53,102 nt of DNA, from positions 1 to 53,102 of IMG/VR virus record IMGVR_UViG_3300032330_001391, one strand, 5' to 3'. The DNA is from a virus (Duplodnaviria; Heunggongvirae; Uroviricota; Caudoviricetes). Made by a program: the position numbers and the translations under genes. Positions within the stretch are counted from its first letter, which is position 1. Each line of letters starts with the position of its first letter. The notes below the pieces were generated by a model. The model did not search any database. It had not been told where the DNA came from and saw nothing but the letters and a program-made list of their open reading frames with translations. Below, one piece after another: positions 10,185-20,085 of this stretch.

Positions 10185-11966
10185 TTAAAGGGTAGTTAAA
10201 CCATTTACATAGATCTTAGCATAGAATTCAGGACGTAACATCTTCTTAGCGTAACGAGTCATAATACCTTTACGTGGAGTGAAAGTATTAGGATCGTACA
10301 CCAGAGGAGTCATGATCAACGGAACATAAGGAGCAAATACAGCACCTGCTTCCAAGAACTGAGTACCACGGAATCCTAAAAGAATTGTGTTTTCAGTCAT
10401 GTAAGGGTTTTTGTATACTTTGTAACGACCGTTGAAAGTACCTGCTTTCTGAACACCAAACGCATATTCCATTTGATCAGCTTCGCCGTTATTGCTAGAA
10501 GCAAATCCAGGAATTGATTCAATAACAGTTGCAATTGTAGGACTAATTACCATAAAATTCGCACCTCCACGAAGAGTTAACTGGTGAATTTTGTTGCTTA
10601 ATTTTTGGATTTTAGTGCCTAACGTTTGGAACCATTGGCCTTGAGTGTTATAGAAACCAGCATTAGTATTAGTAGTTGGACCAGCAGTAATAGAAGTAAT
10701 AGAAGTATTATTAAGTACTGACCAATACTCTGTTCCAGCAGATGCGTCTTCAATTAACATATCTAAGATTTCCAAATCAATTTCCATTGAAATGTATTCA
10801 CTCAACATGTTAGTCAATTCAGCTTCAGCATCGATGTTCTGGTAAGCATTCAAGTCTTGTGCAAATTCAGGTGTCCATACAGCTTTCAACTTTTTAGTTT
10901 TAGCAGTGATGGCTTGAGATTGCATTTGAATGTTGATCTCAGGAAGAACGATGTTGGCTGGTGATACTGTACTACTTAATGAGTTCGGTACAGCATAAGA
11001 AGTATTACCATCTTCAAAATCACCAACATTGTAGTTACCAGTACCAGCTGCACTACCACCTAAAGCAGTTGCTTTGTTGTAGTAAATAATCATACTATTA
11101 GCACCACCACCAGCAGCAGCAAGAGCAGTAAAGTTAGCGGATGAAGTAACAAAAAACTGAATTGAACCAGCTCCAGCAGATGTGTAAGTGTAAGTAGTGA
11201 ACTGAGGTAACACACTAGCATTAGTTAAAGAACCTGAAAGTGGTATGAATCCACGAACAGCATCAGGATCAAATCCAGATAATTGAGAAGCACTAATTGT
11301 TAATTTGTAAATAGTACCAGAAGCTACAGAAGCTGAGTAAGCACTGTCAAAGTTTAATTCACTCCAAGATGCTGATACAAAACTACCTGTACTTGCGGCC
11401 ACAGCTGCGGTACCAAAAACTGAACTATTAGTAGCAGAGGCTGTGTAAGGAATAGAAGCACTAAACTGGTTAGTAGAGTATGTAAATCTACCAGCTCCGT
11501 AAAGACCTCCTTCAGCTGCATTTGTTTGAAAAGGATACTGAGAACCAGAATTGTTAGTACCACCATAAAGTGAAGCATTCTGAGTAAATGGATTTTTAGA
11601 GTTACCATATTGGAAATCTAAGAAAAACACTAGACCAGAAGGTAAATTCATAGGCTGTACAGAAACAAATTCTTTAGCAGCGATTTGAGCAAACACCTTA
11701 CGCACTAATGGTAAAGCAATACCAGCCCATTCAGCACCGTTACCAGTACTAAACGCACCAAAACCACTACCACCACCTACGTTGGAAGTTTCAGTTACTA
11801 ATTGTTTGGCTTGGTTTTCAAGCAACATAGCCATGTTATTTCTATCTGTATCTCCTAATCCTTCTAGGAGACCAGTTTTTCCCCACTTTTTCGCTAAGCG
11901 AGCCGCATCACTTTGAAGTGATCTGTATGGGTTTGCGGATTCGAGTAATGATTGAATCTGACTCAT
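10185..11966 (-). CDS. gp23: Major capsid protein, T4 gp23-like
   Basis: LPLVRKVF, VSVQPMNLPSGLVFFLD, KTKKLKAVWTPEFAQDLNAY, RGGANF, YAPYVPL-like and GIMTRYA motifs. Confidence 0.95.
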   Translation of the reverse strand: MSQIQSLLESANPYRSLQSDAARLAKKWGKTGLLEGLGDTDRNNMAMLLENQAKQLVTETSNVGGGSGFGAFSTGNGAEWAGIALPLVRKVFAQIAAKEFVSVQPMNLPSGLVFFLDFQYGNSKNPFTQNASLYGGTNNSGSQYPFQTNAAEGGLYGAGRFTYSTNQFSASIPYTASATNSSVFGTAAVAASTGSFVSASWSELNFDSAYSASVASGTIYKLTISASQLSGFDPDAVRGFIPLSGSLTNASVLPQFTTYTYTSAGAGSIQFFVTSSANFTALAAAGGGANSMIIYYNKATALGGSAAGTGNYNVGDFEDGNTSYAVPNSLSSTVSPANIVLPEINIQMQSQAITAKTKKLKAVWTPEFAQDLNAYQNIDAEAELTNMLSEYISMEIDLEILDMLIEDASAGTEYWSVLNNTSITSITAGPTTNTNAGFYNTQGQWFQTLGTKIQKLSNKIHQLTLRGGANFMVISPTIATVIESIPGFASSNNGEADQMEYAFGVQKAGTFNGRYKVYKNPYMTENTILLGFRGTQFLEAGAVFAPYVPLIMTPLVYDPNTFTPRKGIMTRYAKKMLRPEFYAKIYVNGLTTL

Positions 11967-12001
11967 TGTTTTAAAATTTGGTTTTTAGTTTAAAATATTA
12001 T

Positions 12002-13093
12002 TTACTTTTTAATACCGGCTAATTTTTGCATTCTTTCAAACGCGGAATTAACTTCGATAATTGGTTGTTTGGTGTTTTGAGCACCAGCGATAACTTTAGA
12101 TGCCATACCTCTTACAGACTCAGTCATAGGACGTTTTGTAGTAGTTTGTGTATTTAAGTTTTCCATCATGGTTTCATACACAAGTCTGGCTTCTTTTTTA
12201 CTTGTAGCTTTGTCAAAAGCAGTTAAAACTTTAACTTTTTGTGACTCGCTTAAGTTTTTAGCTTTAAAGACTTTGTTAGCGTAAAGAAGTTTAGAATTTA
12301 ATAAATTAACTTCACTGAGTTCAGATTTAACTTTGGCTAAAACTCTGTAAGCTTCATTTAATTCTTCTTTCATCTCATAATAAGCTTCAAAATCAACATC
12401 TTGGAATTTAGGTAAGTCTCTCTTATGTTTGCTAGCCTTACTAGTTCTGTCATGCTTTTCATAATAAGCATCAGGTTTAAGATCTTTAGCTTCATCTAAA
12501 TCTTCGTCGTCGTACATTTCAGCTAAGAGTTCATCTAAGTTAATTTCCTCTTCTTCTTCATCTTCAACTTCTATTTCATCTTCAGCACCCATCTCATCTT
12601 CCATACCTTCATGTCCAGCTTCTAATTCGCCAGCTTCGATCATGTCAGAGATAACATCTTCAATGAAATTTTTTAAGTCTTTTTCGGTCATGTCTTCAAT
12701 ATCAAATTCTTCTTCCTCCTCTTCTTCAGCTTCTTCAGCTTCCATTAAGTCGGTGTCTGATTCTGAGCTTGGGGTAACATTACCGTGGGCTCCTTGCCCT
12801 CTAGGGTCATTAATAACTTCTTCCATGTCGTTAAGTTCTCTTAGAAGTTCATCTAAGTCTAACTCATCCATGGAATCTTCATTTTCGTACATAGATTCTT
12901 CATCCATGTCCATCTCTTCTGTTATGTCTTCCTCATCCATATTCTCATCTATTTCAGCCAATTTAGCGGCTAATTTTTCTTTAAGATACGGAGTGAAAGT
13001 TTCTTCAAGAGCTACTTTTGCATTGGCGATCGCTGTCTCTTTTATAGCTTTAGCGTCGGCAATGGCTTCTTTCAGAATGTCTCTGTTTGCCAT
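12002..13093 (-). CDS. Prohead scaffold/core protein (gp22-like position)
   Basis: Very acidic and coiled-coil-like; between protease and capsid genes; many L/I-x-E sites; ends ERMQKLAGIKK. Probable start MANRDILKE. Confidence 0.75.
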   Translation of the reverse strand: MANRDILKEAIADAKAIKETAIANAKVALEETFTPYLKEKLAAKLAEIDENMDEEDITEEMDMDEESMYENEDSMDELDLDELLRELNDMEEVINDPRGQGAHGNVTPSSESDTDLMEAEEAEEEEEEEFDIEDMTEKDLKNFIEDVISDMIEAGELEAGHEGMEDEMGAEDEIEVEDEEEEEINLDELLAEMYDDEDLDEAKDLKPDAYYEKHDRTSKASKHKRDLPKFQDVDFEAYYEMKEELNEAYRVLAKVKSELSEVNLLNSKLLYANKVFKAKNLSESQKVKVLTAFDKATSKKEARLVYETMMENLNTQTTTKRPMTESVRGMASKVIAGAQNTKQPIIEVNSAFERMQKLAGIKK

Positions 13094-13120
13094 AATTTTC
13101 CTCAAATTTTTTGTTGGAAG

Positions 13121-13185
13121 TACGCTTATTAAGTGTTGAAAGCGTAATATAATTTATATAAGCGATGCAATATAGGGAATTGCAT
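13121..13185 (-). promoter_or_regulatory. Two hairpins in the 5' leader of the scaffold/capsid operon
   Basis: atgcaat/attgcat stem (13165-13185) and tacgctt/aagcgta stem (13121-13146). Confidence 0.4.
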
Positions 13186-13223
13186 ATTCTAATATACATA
13201 TATCGAAGGGACTCAAAATACCA

Positions 13224-13250
13224 AAAAGAAACCCTCCTTTTAAGGGGGGT
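13224..13250 (-). terminator. Intrinsic terminator after the prohead protease gene
   Basis: Minus strand AACCCCCCTTAAAAGGAGGGTTTCTTTTT. Confidence 0.65.
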
Positions 13251-13272
13251 TAATTTATTTTATAGTATACAA

Positions 13273-13890
13273 TTATATTATAGGACAAGTACCATTAGCG
13301 CAAAGTATTTCAGCTAAAAGAGTATTTACTCTAGAGTATGGATATGTTTTTCTTCTCATTCCTTCATTTAATCCTTCTTTTACTGAGCGCATATATGAAC
13401 CTGGATTAGATGGTGTGCTTACAAAATCCCAACATAATAATTCAAAGTCATCTTGTACTTCCATTGTTCCTTCTCCTAGTGGTTTTAAACTACCCATTCC
13501 ACGAGATGAAACACCTACTTGTACATTATTGTCAATAAGTGCTTTTAATATATTACCAGAAACTGTGGGTAGTATTTCAATTTTACCTATCACTTTATCT
13601 CCATCCCACCATATGTTTCTTATAATATGAGATACATTTTTTAATGAGATAATAGAGGAATCAGGATGATCTAATTCACCTGTTGCTCTATTTTCTTTAA
13701 TACAATCCATGTATTTTTCTATCTCACGTTCCCATAACTCCTTAGGATAATATCTACCATTGCCGTTTTTAACTTCAGCTGTAGCTAATATGCCCTCAAC
13801 AAGTGGATTACCAGATGGAGCTTTAGCACCTTCATGAAGTTGTTCAGGTGATACTGAAAAGGGCATTGTTTCTATTAATACTTGTTTCAT
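13273..13890 (-). CDS. gp21: Prohead maturation protease, T4 gp21-like
   Basis: KNGNGRYYP, GELDHP, GVSSRGMGS and WDFVSTPS motifs. Confidence 0.93.
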   Translation of the reverse strand: MKQVLIETMPFSVSPEQLHEGAKAPSGNPLVEGILATAEVKNGNGRYYPKELWEREIEKYMDCIKENRATGELDHPDSSIISLKNVSHIIRNIWWDGDKVIGKIEILPTVSGNILKALIDNNVQVGVSSRGMGSLKPLGEGTMEVQDDFELLCWDFVSTPSNPGSYMRSVKEGLNEGMRRKTYPYSRVNTLLAEILCANGTCPII

Positions 13891-13892
13891 AC

Positions 13893-14930
13893 TTATTCTA
13901 TAGTGTTATCTTCTTCACCAATTACTTCTTCTTTAGACGTTGATTTTTTATCTAATTTTGCTTTAAGACTTTCAAGTTTTTTTATCTCATTTTTGAGATC
14001 TTTCATTGTCTTAGGATTAGTAGCTCCCTTTTCAATTTCTTCAAGTGTAGTTAATGCTTTAAGTTTTTTCTTGCGCTTCATTATTTCTTCACCAATTTTT
14101 CTAGCTTTAGCTTGATATTCAGCTATTTTGCCTACCTCATCAATTTCTTTCATGTTAAGTTCTTCTTTGATGAGTTGTTGAATAACTCTACGCAATTTAG
14201 TTTCTTGCAATCTAATTGTCTTTGGTTTACCAGGTAATGGCATTTTCTTTACTCCTTTTGAGTTTTGTGGTTTTATTGGCATTTCTTTTACTTTTTTAGG
14301 CATTGTTGTTTTAGCTTCCTTATCACTAAGGGTATCTTTAGTATTGGATTTAATTTTTTCTACTCCAGCATCTGTATCACCATATCCACTAGCTTTCCAT
14401 TTTCCTTTAGGTGCTTTAGGTTCACCTAATCCAGGAGCATCTTTAGTATATCCTATACCTTTAATACCAAATTGAGCTTCTATGGCGTAATAGTTTCTAT
14501 CTTTACCTAGATTTTTAGCTACAATTTGTTTAATTTCGTCTGGTGTTTTATTTTTATTTTTTGGATCTTGCATTTCTGTGTAGAATCCATTTAAAAATGT
14601 TTGACCATATAAATTATCAATATTATCTGGGGTTTTGTAATCGTATGAATGGTCTTGTATGTCAGTTACTTCTTTAGATACTTTATTTTCTTTAGCTCTA
14701 ACTGATTCATTAAATACAGAAAACCAATCTTTACGACCCCCAGTAGATACCATTCCTAATCCAGCTTTACTTTCTGTAAGAATACTTTTATCTTTTAATA
14801 TATTAACTGTTTCCTTAAATGAATTATAGTGGTTAACATATTCAGGAAACAAGTAACGTGCTTGTTTTAGAAAGTGGTTTTTATTACCTTTACCTTCTTG
14901 TATTTGTTTGTATTGGTCTTGTAATGTCAT
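13893..14930 (-). CDS. Hypothetical head-module protein, Lys-rich
   Basis: Intact 345-aa ORF; contains ILTE/VFNE/RLQE sites and a KLRRVIQQLIKEEL motif. Confidence 0.6.
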   Translation of the reverse strand: MTLQDQYKQIQEGKGNKNHFLKQARYLFPEYVNHYNSFKETVNILKDKSILTESKAGLGMVSTGGRKDWFSVFNESVRAKENKVSKEVTDIQDHSYDYKTPDNIDNLYGQTFLNGFYTEMQDPKNKNKTPDEIKQIVAKNLGKDRNYYAIEAQFGIKGIGYTKDAPGLGEPKAPKGKWKASGYGDTDAGVEKIKSNTKDTLSDKEAKTTMPKKVKEMPIKPQNSKGVKKMPLPGKPKTIRLQETKLRRVIQQLIKEELNMKEIDEVGKIAEYQAKARKIGEEIMKRKKKLKALTTLEEIEKGATNPKTMKDLKNEIKKLESLKAKLDKKSTSKEEVIGEEDNTIE

Positions 14931-14944
14931 TTTATTTTTATTTA

Positions 14945-15232
14945 TTATGTGTATAAAATTACAGGGGCACTACCAACTGCTAAACTACATGATGTTATAA
15001 ATAACGGTATCATTGTTCCAGCGGGTAATGTAATTGTAGTTGCTCCAGATTCGATAACTGTGTTAGTAGCTGACAAAGCAACTCCATACTTAAATGTTAC
15101 TGTTGAGCCAGTTATATTAGTACTTCCATTCGCAGAACCAGTTCCTAAACTTTGAATTCCAGCGAAAGAACCAGTTGTGGATTGAGTTCCAGTTAATATT
15201 ACACCACCAAAATTTACAGGTATATTTGCCAT
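14945..15232 (-). CDS. Small hypothetical structural protein
   Basis: 95-aa Thr/Gly/Ser-rich ORF within the head operon. Confidence 0.5.
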   Translation of the reverse strand: MANIPVNFGGVILTGTQSTTGSFAGIQSLGTGSANGSTNITGSTVTFKYGVALSATNTVIESGATTITLPAGTMIPLFITSCSLAVGSAPVILYT

Positions 15233-15249
15233 TTTATATTATATTTTGT

Positions 15250-15618
15250 TTATGATTTTTTATTATTTCCCCATAAATATTTAGTATCTACCCATTTAGC
15301 ATTTTTAGCTAATTTTTTTGCGTTAACTGGTTTATATCCAAATTTTTTAACGTACATGTTGTTAGTAACACCAGTAGAACCAGCTTTAGGACCTTTACCT
15401 AAAGATGCTCCAGGATTAGTTTCATCTAGGGGTTGATGTGGGGCTAATTTATAAGCATATTTTATAGATTGAGCACCTTTAGCTTTTTTATTTGGATTAA
15501 AAGCAAATGGTGTAGCATATTGTGGACCGTTACCAGTACTAAAACCAGCACCACCACCAGTAGCACTTACTTCTTTAAGTTTTTTAAATATGCTATTTAT
15601 AATTTTTTTCTTATCCAT
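15250..15618 (-). CDS. Hypothetical head protein with GGGAGFSTGNG motif
   Basis: Intact ORF; KLKE followed by a Gly-rich segment shared with the capsid N-terminus. Confidence 0.55.
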   Translation of the reverse strand: MDKKKIINSIFKKLKEVSATGGGAGFSTGNGPQYATPFAFNPNKKAKGAQSIKYAYKLAPHQPLDETNPGASLGKGPKAGSTGVTNNMYVKKFGYKPVNAKKLAKNAKWVDTKYLWGNNKKS

Positions 15619-16468
15619 GTATTGAAGTAAGTTCTTCTAACAATTCATAATATTGTAATAAATTAACTAAATCGTCATTATCAATTTTATCTGTTTTACC
15701 TAATTCTACTAGTAAATTAGATACTTCATTAATTTTAATGTTAGTAGCTTTATCTGTTACTTTTTTATTTAGATTAGACAATGATAATTTAATTTCACTA
15801 ATTTTAGTATTATAGAACTGACGTAATGTTGGAGTTGAATCCATTGAATTTATAAATTCTTTTAATACTAATTTTTGATTATCGTTTAAATCTGCGTATT
15901 TACCATTAAATTTCTCTAATAATACTCTGTATGTTAATATACGGAGATCTTTATCGTATGATCTGAATTCTTCTAGTAAATTATCTTTAACTTGTTTTTC
16001 ATCAATCGTTTTATTAGTTAACGCTTCAAGCAATGCTACTTTATTAGTTATAATTTGATCAGGATTAGATAAACTTTCACTATTATATATTTCAAGCAAT
16101 GTATATAATGCTGCTTGTGCTTTATAGTTAGGTAATTTAGTTTTAAAGAATTCATCCAAATTGTAATGTTTAGATATTTCTTTAATTAAATTATATTTTT
16201 GTCTTTTAAGTGTTTTTCTATTTAATTGCTTAGAAGATTCAATAATAGTATTGATCACAATATCTGCCTTTGTCTCACTTAAATGTCTTTTACTCAATAA
16301 AGTTTCATAAAGTTTATATTCTTTACCTAATTCTGTTTTAACAAAGAATTTTTTAAGAATATGAGTAGCTTTAGATTCTTTACCTGAAAGACTGTCTGCT
16401 GTTATTCGTCTTACAAGTAATTCAAATAGAATACCTGTATTTTTGTATTTAGAATGTGATATTCGCAT
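15611..16468 (-). CDS. Hypothetical portal-adjacent protein
   Basis: 285-aa ORF (MRISHSKYKNTGILFELL) directly downstream of the portal gene. Confidence 0.6.
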   Translation of the reverse strand: MRISHSKYKNTGILFELLVRRITADSLSGKESKATHILKKFFVKTELGKEYKLYETLLSKRHLSETKADIVINTIIESSKQLNRKTLKRQKYNLIKEISKHYNLDEFFKTKLPNYKAQAALYTLLEIYNSESLSNPDQIITNKVALLEALTNKTIDEKQVKDNLLEEFRSYDKDLRILTYRVLLEKFNGKYADLNDNQKLVLKEFINSMDSTPTLRQFYNTKISEIKLSLSNLNKKVTDKATNIKINEVSNLLVELGKTDKIDNDDLVNLLQYYELLEELTSIHG

Positions 16469-16501
16469 TCAATAGATTTTATTATAAATATGTAAAAATA
16501 A

Positions 16502-18397
16502 TTACTCCTTCAATTGTCTTTCATCCAACAACGTAATGTTTTCTGTTTCTTTAGGGAACAGAGGTGTTTTACTTAAACTCTCAATTAACGTTTTATTCTT
16601 TTGATATACGGTTTGAGCTGTCTCAAGAGCTAATGGTGAACCACCTTTATAATTAGTTTTTCCGTATGTTTCTTGATCATCTACTTTCATATCAGTTTTA
16701 CCTAATCTGTCTCTACCAAAAGCATTATATTGAGTGTTTATGTTAGATACTTTTTCAGATGGACGACCTAATTTTATATCTTCTCCATACCCATCAGGTA
16801 CATTTTCAGGATTACTTCCCATTCTTCCAGCGCCATATAATGCAGCCAAGTCATGAGGTGTACCATATGATTTACCTGTTACTTTAGGATCATTTCCTTC
16901 TTCAGTAACTTGTTTAATTCTAAACTCACGTTTAGCATCTTCAAGAGCTAAATCTCTATATTCTGAGTATTGGTCTTGAGATAAATGGAATATATTATCA
17001 TAAATCCAATCTGTAGGTAATAGTTTAGATTCTTGGATACTTCTAGCTAAATCTACTTTTTCTTTTAATAACGCAATACGTTCCTGATCATATATAATTG
17101 ATGGTGTAGTAAGAGATAATTCAAAATTAGTTAATTGATCAGTTGTATATCCTTGTGTATATAAATGTACTAATGCTATTTTATACAGCTCAGATAATGT
17201 TATACGTTGAATCCTATCAATAGTACGAGCAAAACGAATATCTTCAGCAGCTAATGTGGCTTTACCTGTTAAATCTTTTTCATACCCCATAAACGCTTTA
17301 GGTACTTTTAACGCTGCGAATAACTTATCTCTTAGGTAAGTTACGTCTTCTATAGCAGTATATTGTAATCCAGGTAATGTTTCTATCTTAGTTGTTTGAT
17401 CATTTCCACGTACAGGTATAAAGAAGTCTTCAAGTAAATTTTGCATGTTGTACTTTAAGTTATATTGACCTGTTTCTTGATCAATAAACGGAGTACGTTT
17501 CATCTTTGAAATAGTTTTTTGCATGAAGTTTTCTACTTCATTAGGTGGAATAGAACCAACATTTAAGTAGTAAACACGTTTATCTGGAGAACGAGCAATA
17601 CGATGTATTAACATCGCGTCTTCCATTAATGTGTATTGTTTAAATAAACGACGAGCGGGTTCAATATAAGCTCTACCATAAGGTAAATAGTTATTGTCTG
17701 TTAAAAGACGAAAATGAGCCATTTCATAGTTATCAAAAAACACACCTGGAGTAGTGCTAGGATCCGTACCTGCTACACTATAATATCCTGATCCACCTGT
17801 ATAAAATCCATCAGGTGAGTATTTAAAACGTACTGAAAATGGATTATCTTTGTCCCATCCCTCTTCTCTTTCAATATGATAAGCAGGAATAGGAATTACA
17901 TTATATACTCCAAATTTTTCAGATATATCTAATTTAAGGAAAAAATCACCATATTTACACATTTGACGAATCCATGCCCATAAATTAAATTCAATATTTA
18001 AAATATCATAAAATAAGTTATATAATGTCTTTTGAATATCTTCATTACTACTTCTTATTTGTAATACTTCACCCATATCATTTTTAAGGGTACATTCTTC
18101 AGCTACAATATCTAAAGCAGATGCAACAATAGCATCTGTATCCATAATATCATAATCAGAATAAATTTGAGGTCTTAAATATCTATAGTTTAAATTAAAC
18201 TGAGCACCAAATAATGATGTTGCTCCAGGTGAATATATTCTATTATATCTATCCACAAGAGAATTAGTAGCAAATTCTCCTGATTGTTGGATAGTATTGG
18301 TATCCATTACTTTAATTTGGTTACCACCATCATTGCGTATAACTACATCTGTTGAAAATAAACGTTGTAGTCTTCTAAATATACTTGTATCAGCCAT
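16502..18397 (-). CDS. gp20: Portal protein, T4 gp20-like
   Basis: MEDAMLIHRIARSPDKRVYYLNVG, EDFFIPVRG, IETLPG and LFAALKVP motifs. Confidence 0.95.
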   Translation of the reverse strand: MADTSIFRRLQRLFSTDVVIRNDGGNQIKVMDTNTIQQSGEFATNSLVDRYNRIYSPGATSLFGAQFNLNYRYLRPQIYSDYDIMDTDAIVASALDIVAEECTLKNDMGEVLQIRSSNEDIQKTLYNLFYDILNIEFNLWAWIRQMCKYGDFFLKLDISEKFGVYNVIPIPAYHIEREEGWDKDNPFSVRFKYSPDGFYTGGSGYYSVAGTDPSTTPGVFFDNYEMAHFRLLTDNNYLPYGRAYIEPARRLFKQYTLMEDAMLIHRIARSPDKRVYYLNVGSIPPNEVENFMQKTISKMKRTPFIDQETGQYNLKYNMQNLLEDFFIPVRGNDQTTKIETLPGLQYTAIEDVTYLRDKLFAALKVPKAFMGYEKDLTGKATLAAEDIRFARTIDRIQRITLSELYKIALVHLYTQGYTTDQLTNFELSLTTPSIIYDQERIALLKEKVDLARSIQESKLLPTDWIYDNIFHLSQDQYSEYRDLALEDAKREFRIKQVTEEGNDPKVTGKSYGTPHDLAALYGAGRMGSNPENVPDGYGEDIKLGRPSEKVSNINTQYNAFGRDRLGKTDMKVDDQETYGKTNYKGGSPLALETAQTVYQKNKTLIESLSKTPLFPKETENITLLDERQLKE

Positions 18398-18403
18398 ATC
18401 TTT

Positions 18404-18435
18404 ATAATATATGTATAAATATTAAAAAAACCAAA
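18404..18435 (-). promoter_or_regulatory. Bacteroidota-type promoter upstream of the portal gene
   Basis: TTTG-N20-TATATTAT, overlapping a TATTTATA motif at 18414-18421. Confidence 0.5.
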
Positions 18436-18440
18436 TAGGT

Positions 18441-20015
18441 TTAATCTAAAAGCCAGCTAAAATTTTCTCTACCTCCTCTTCCATCAGACATAAAATAAGG
18501 ATTATCCTGACCAGTAGCGAAATAAGCACCTTGGGTTGGACCTGATTTTCCTACGCCACTTAATGTTGCTCGAGTTAAATCTTGGCTTTGTTGTCTAAAT
18601 TTAAGTGACGTATCTCTTAGATACATTCCTATTCCAAATGACATTACTAAATCATCATTATATCCAGATTGTGCTTCTGCTCTACCGTTTCTCCATATGA
18701 ATACTTTCATTTCATCTAATAAACGTTTAGAACGTATGGTTACAGATCTATCACCAACATATTCTCTAAATTTATTTACTACTAAAGGTCTTGTTCGTAA
18801 AGACATTGTAAATCCAGCTGTAACATTATCACTATTTTCATATTTGTTAAAATATGAGTCTACAGTTAATGTATCTGATTTAGGAGAAAAATATAAGTTT
18901 TTATAACCTCGCTCTAAAATAGCATCTAATGTAGACCAACCAATATTAGAGTTTTCAACTACAAGTAAAGCTTGATTATATTCTGTAGCGGCTCCTACTA
19001 GAAAATATCCAAATTCTTTAGGAGGTAATTGACCCTTATATTCAGCTACTTGAGTATTAGTTGCTATATCTATAACATGAAACGCTGAGAAATCTCGGCC
19101 ATCACCTCTAGCAACATCTGCTAATACCATATAATCTCTTTGATAATCGGGTTGTTCCCACACCCAATAATTTTGATCTGCGCCTCTACGTTCTGATGGG
19201 TCTTGTATAGTAGTATTAGATATAAATTCTAACCATTCATTATAAAAAACAATATCACCAGATGTTGCAAAATCACAATCACATTCTTGAGCAGCTAATC
19301 TTGGATCACCTAATAATTCATCTTGTCTTTTTCTCCAACTTTCATCTCGTTCTGGATGTACATACCATGGTAATTTAATTGGTAAAAAGTCATTTTCAGC
19401 GTTTTCTGCTTTAGTCCAAGTTTGATGAAACCAATTACCTGTACCATATGGGGTAGATAACACAATAGCTCCACCTCCGGTAGCTAAGGTTTGTTGAGCG
19501 GATGCCCATGTATCTTCAATATTTTCAATAAACGCAGCCTCATCTACTATAAGTAATGATACTGCTTCTGAACGTGCAGCGTCACTATTTGATGATTTTG
19601 CTTTAATTTGAGAACCATTTGATAATCTTATTGATAACTTATTATTTTCTTCTGTAGGTACTTTTAACCAAGATGGTAAATTATCATACATAAATTTCAC
19701 CTTAGTTACCATATTGCGAGCTGTTTCTTGTGTTTTGGATAAACACAAAACATTTTTATCTTTATGGAATAACATTAACCATAAAGAATATCCTGCTGCT
19801 AATGTAGATATACCTAACTGTCTAGATTTAAGTACTATAGAATATGGATTATCTTTCCATAATGTCAATACTTTACCTTGAAACGGATATAAATTAAATA
19901 TTACACGACCCCTCTGTGGATGCTGTATATGACAATATTTTTGCATAAAGTGGGCAGGATCAGCTGCACATTTTATATATTCCTCTCTTATAATCTGTTT
20001 AATATCTGTACTCAT
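18441..20015 (-). CDS. gp17: Terminase large subunit, T4 gp17-like
   Basis: FNLYPFQ, LKSRQLGIST, LIVDEAAF, STPYG, ADVARGDG and NDDLVMS motifs. Confidence 0.93.
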   Translation of the reverse strand: MSTDIKQIIREEYIKCAADPAHFMQKYCHIQHPQRGRVIFNLYPFQGKVLTLWKDNPYSIVLKSRQLGISTLAAGYSLWLMLFHKDKNVLCLSKTQETARNMVTKVKFMYDNLPSWLKVPTEENNKLSIRLSNGSQIKAKSSNSDAARSEAVSLLIVDEAAFIENIEDTWASAQQTLATGGGAIVLSTPYGTGNWFHQTWTKAENAENDFLPIKLPWYVHPERDESWRKRQDELLGDPRLAAQECDCDFATSGDIVFYNEWLEFISNTTIQDPSERRGADQNYWVWEQPDYQRDYMVLADVARGDGRDFSAFHVIDIATNTQVAEYKGQLPPKEFGYFLVGAATEYNQALLVVENSNIGWSTLDAILERGYKNLYFSPKSDTLTVDSYFNKYENSDNVTAGFTMSLRTRPLVVNKFREYVGDRSVTIRSKRLLDEMKVFIWRNGRAEAQSGYNDDLVMSFGIGMYLRDTSLKFRQQSQDLTRATLSGVGKSGPTQGAYFATGQDNPYFMSDGRGGRENFSWLLD

Positions 20016-20040
20016 GTGTATAAATATTATATAAGGATAT

Positions 20041-20064
20041 AAAAACCCGGCATAAAGCCGGGTT
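20041..20064 (-). terminator. Intrinsic terminator
   Basis: aaacccggc-ataaa-gccgggttt hairpin; the minus strand continues with T residues. Confidence 0.7.
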
Positions 20065-20085
20065 TAACTGAAATGGTTAAAGATA

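Noticed and set aside
10185-20015. Introns or inteins in capsid, portal or terminase
   Set aside because: Continuous ORFs of ordinary size with no intein C/S...HN termini or LAGLIDADG motifs seen.
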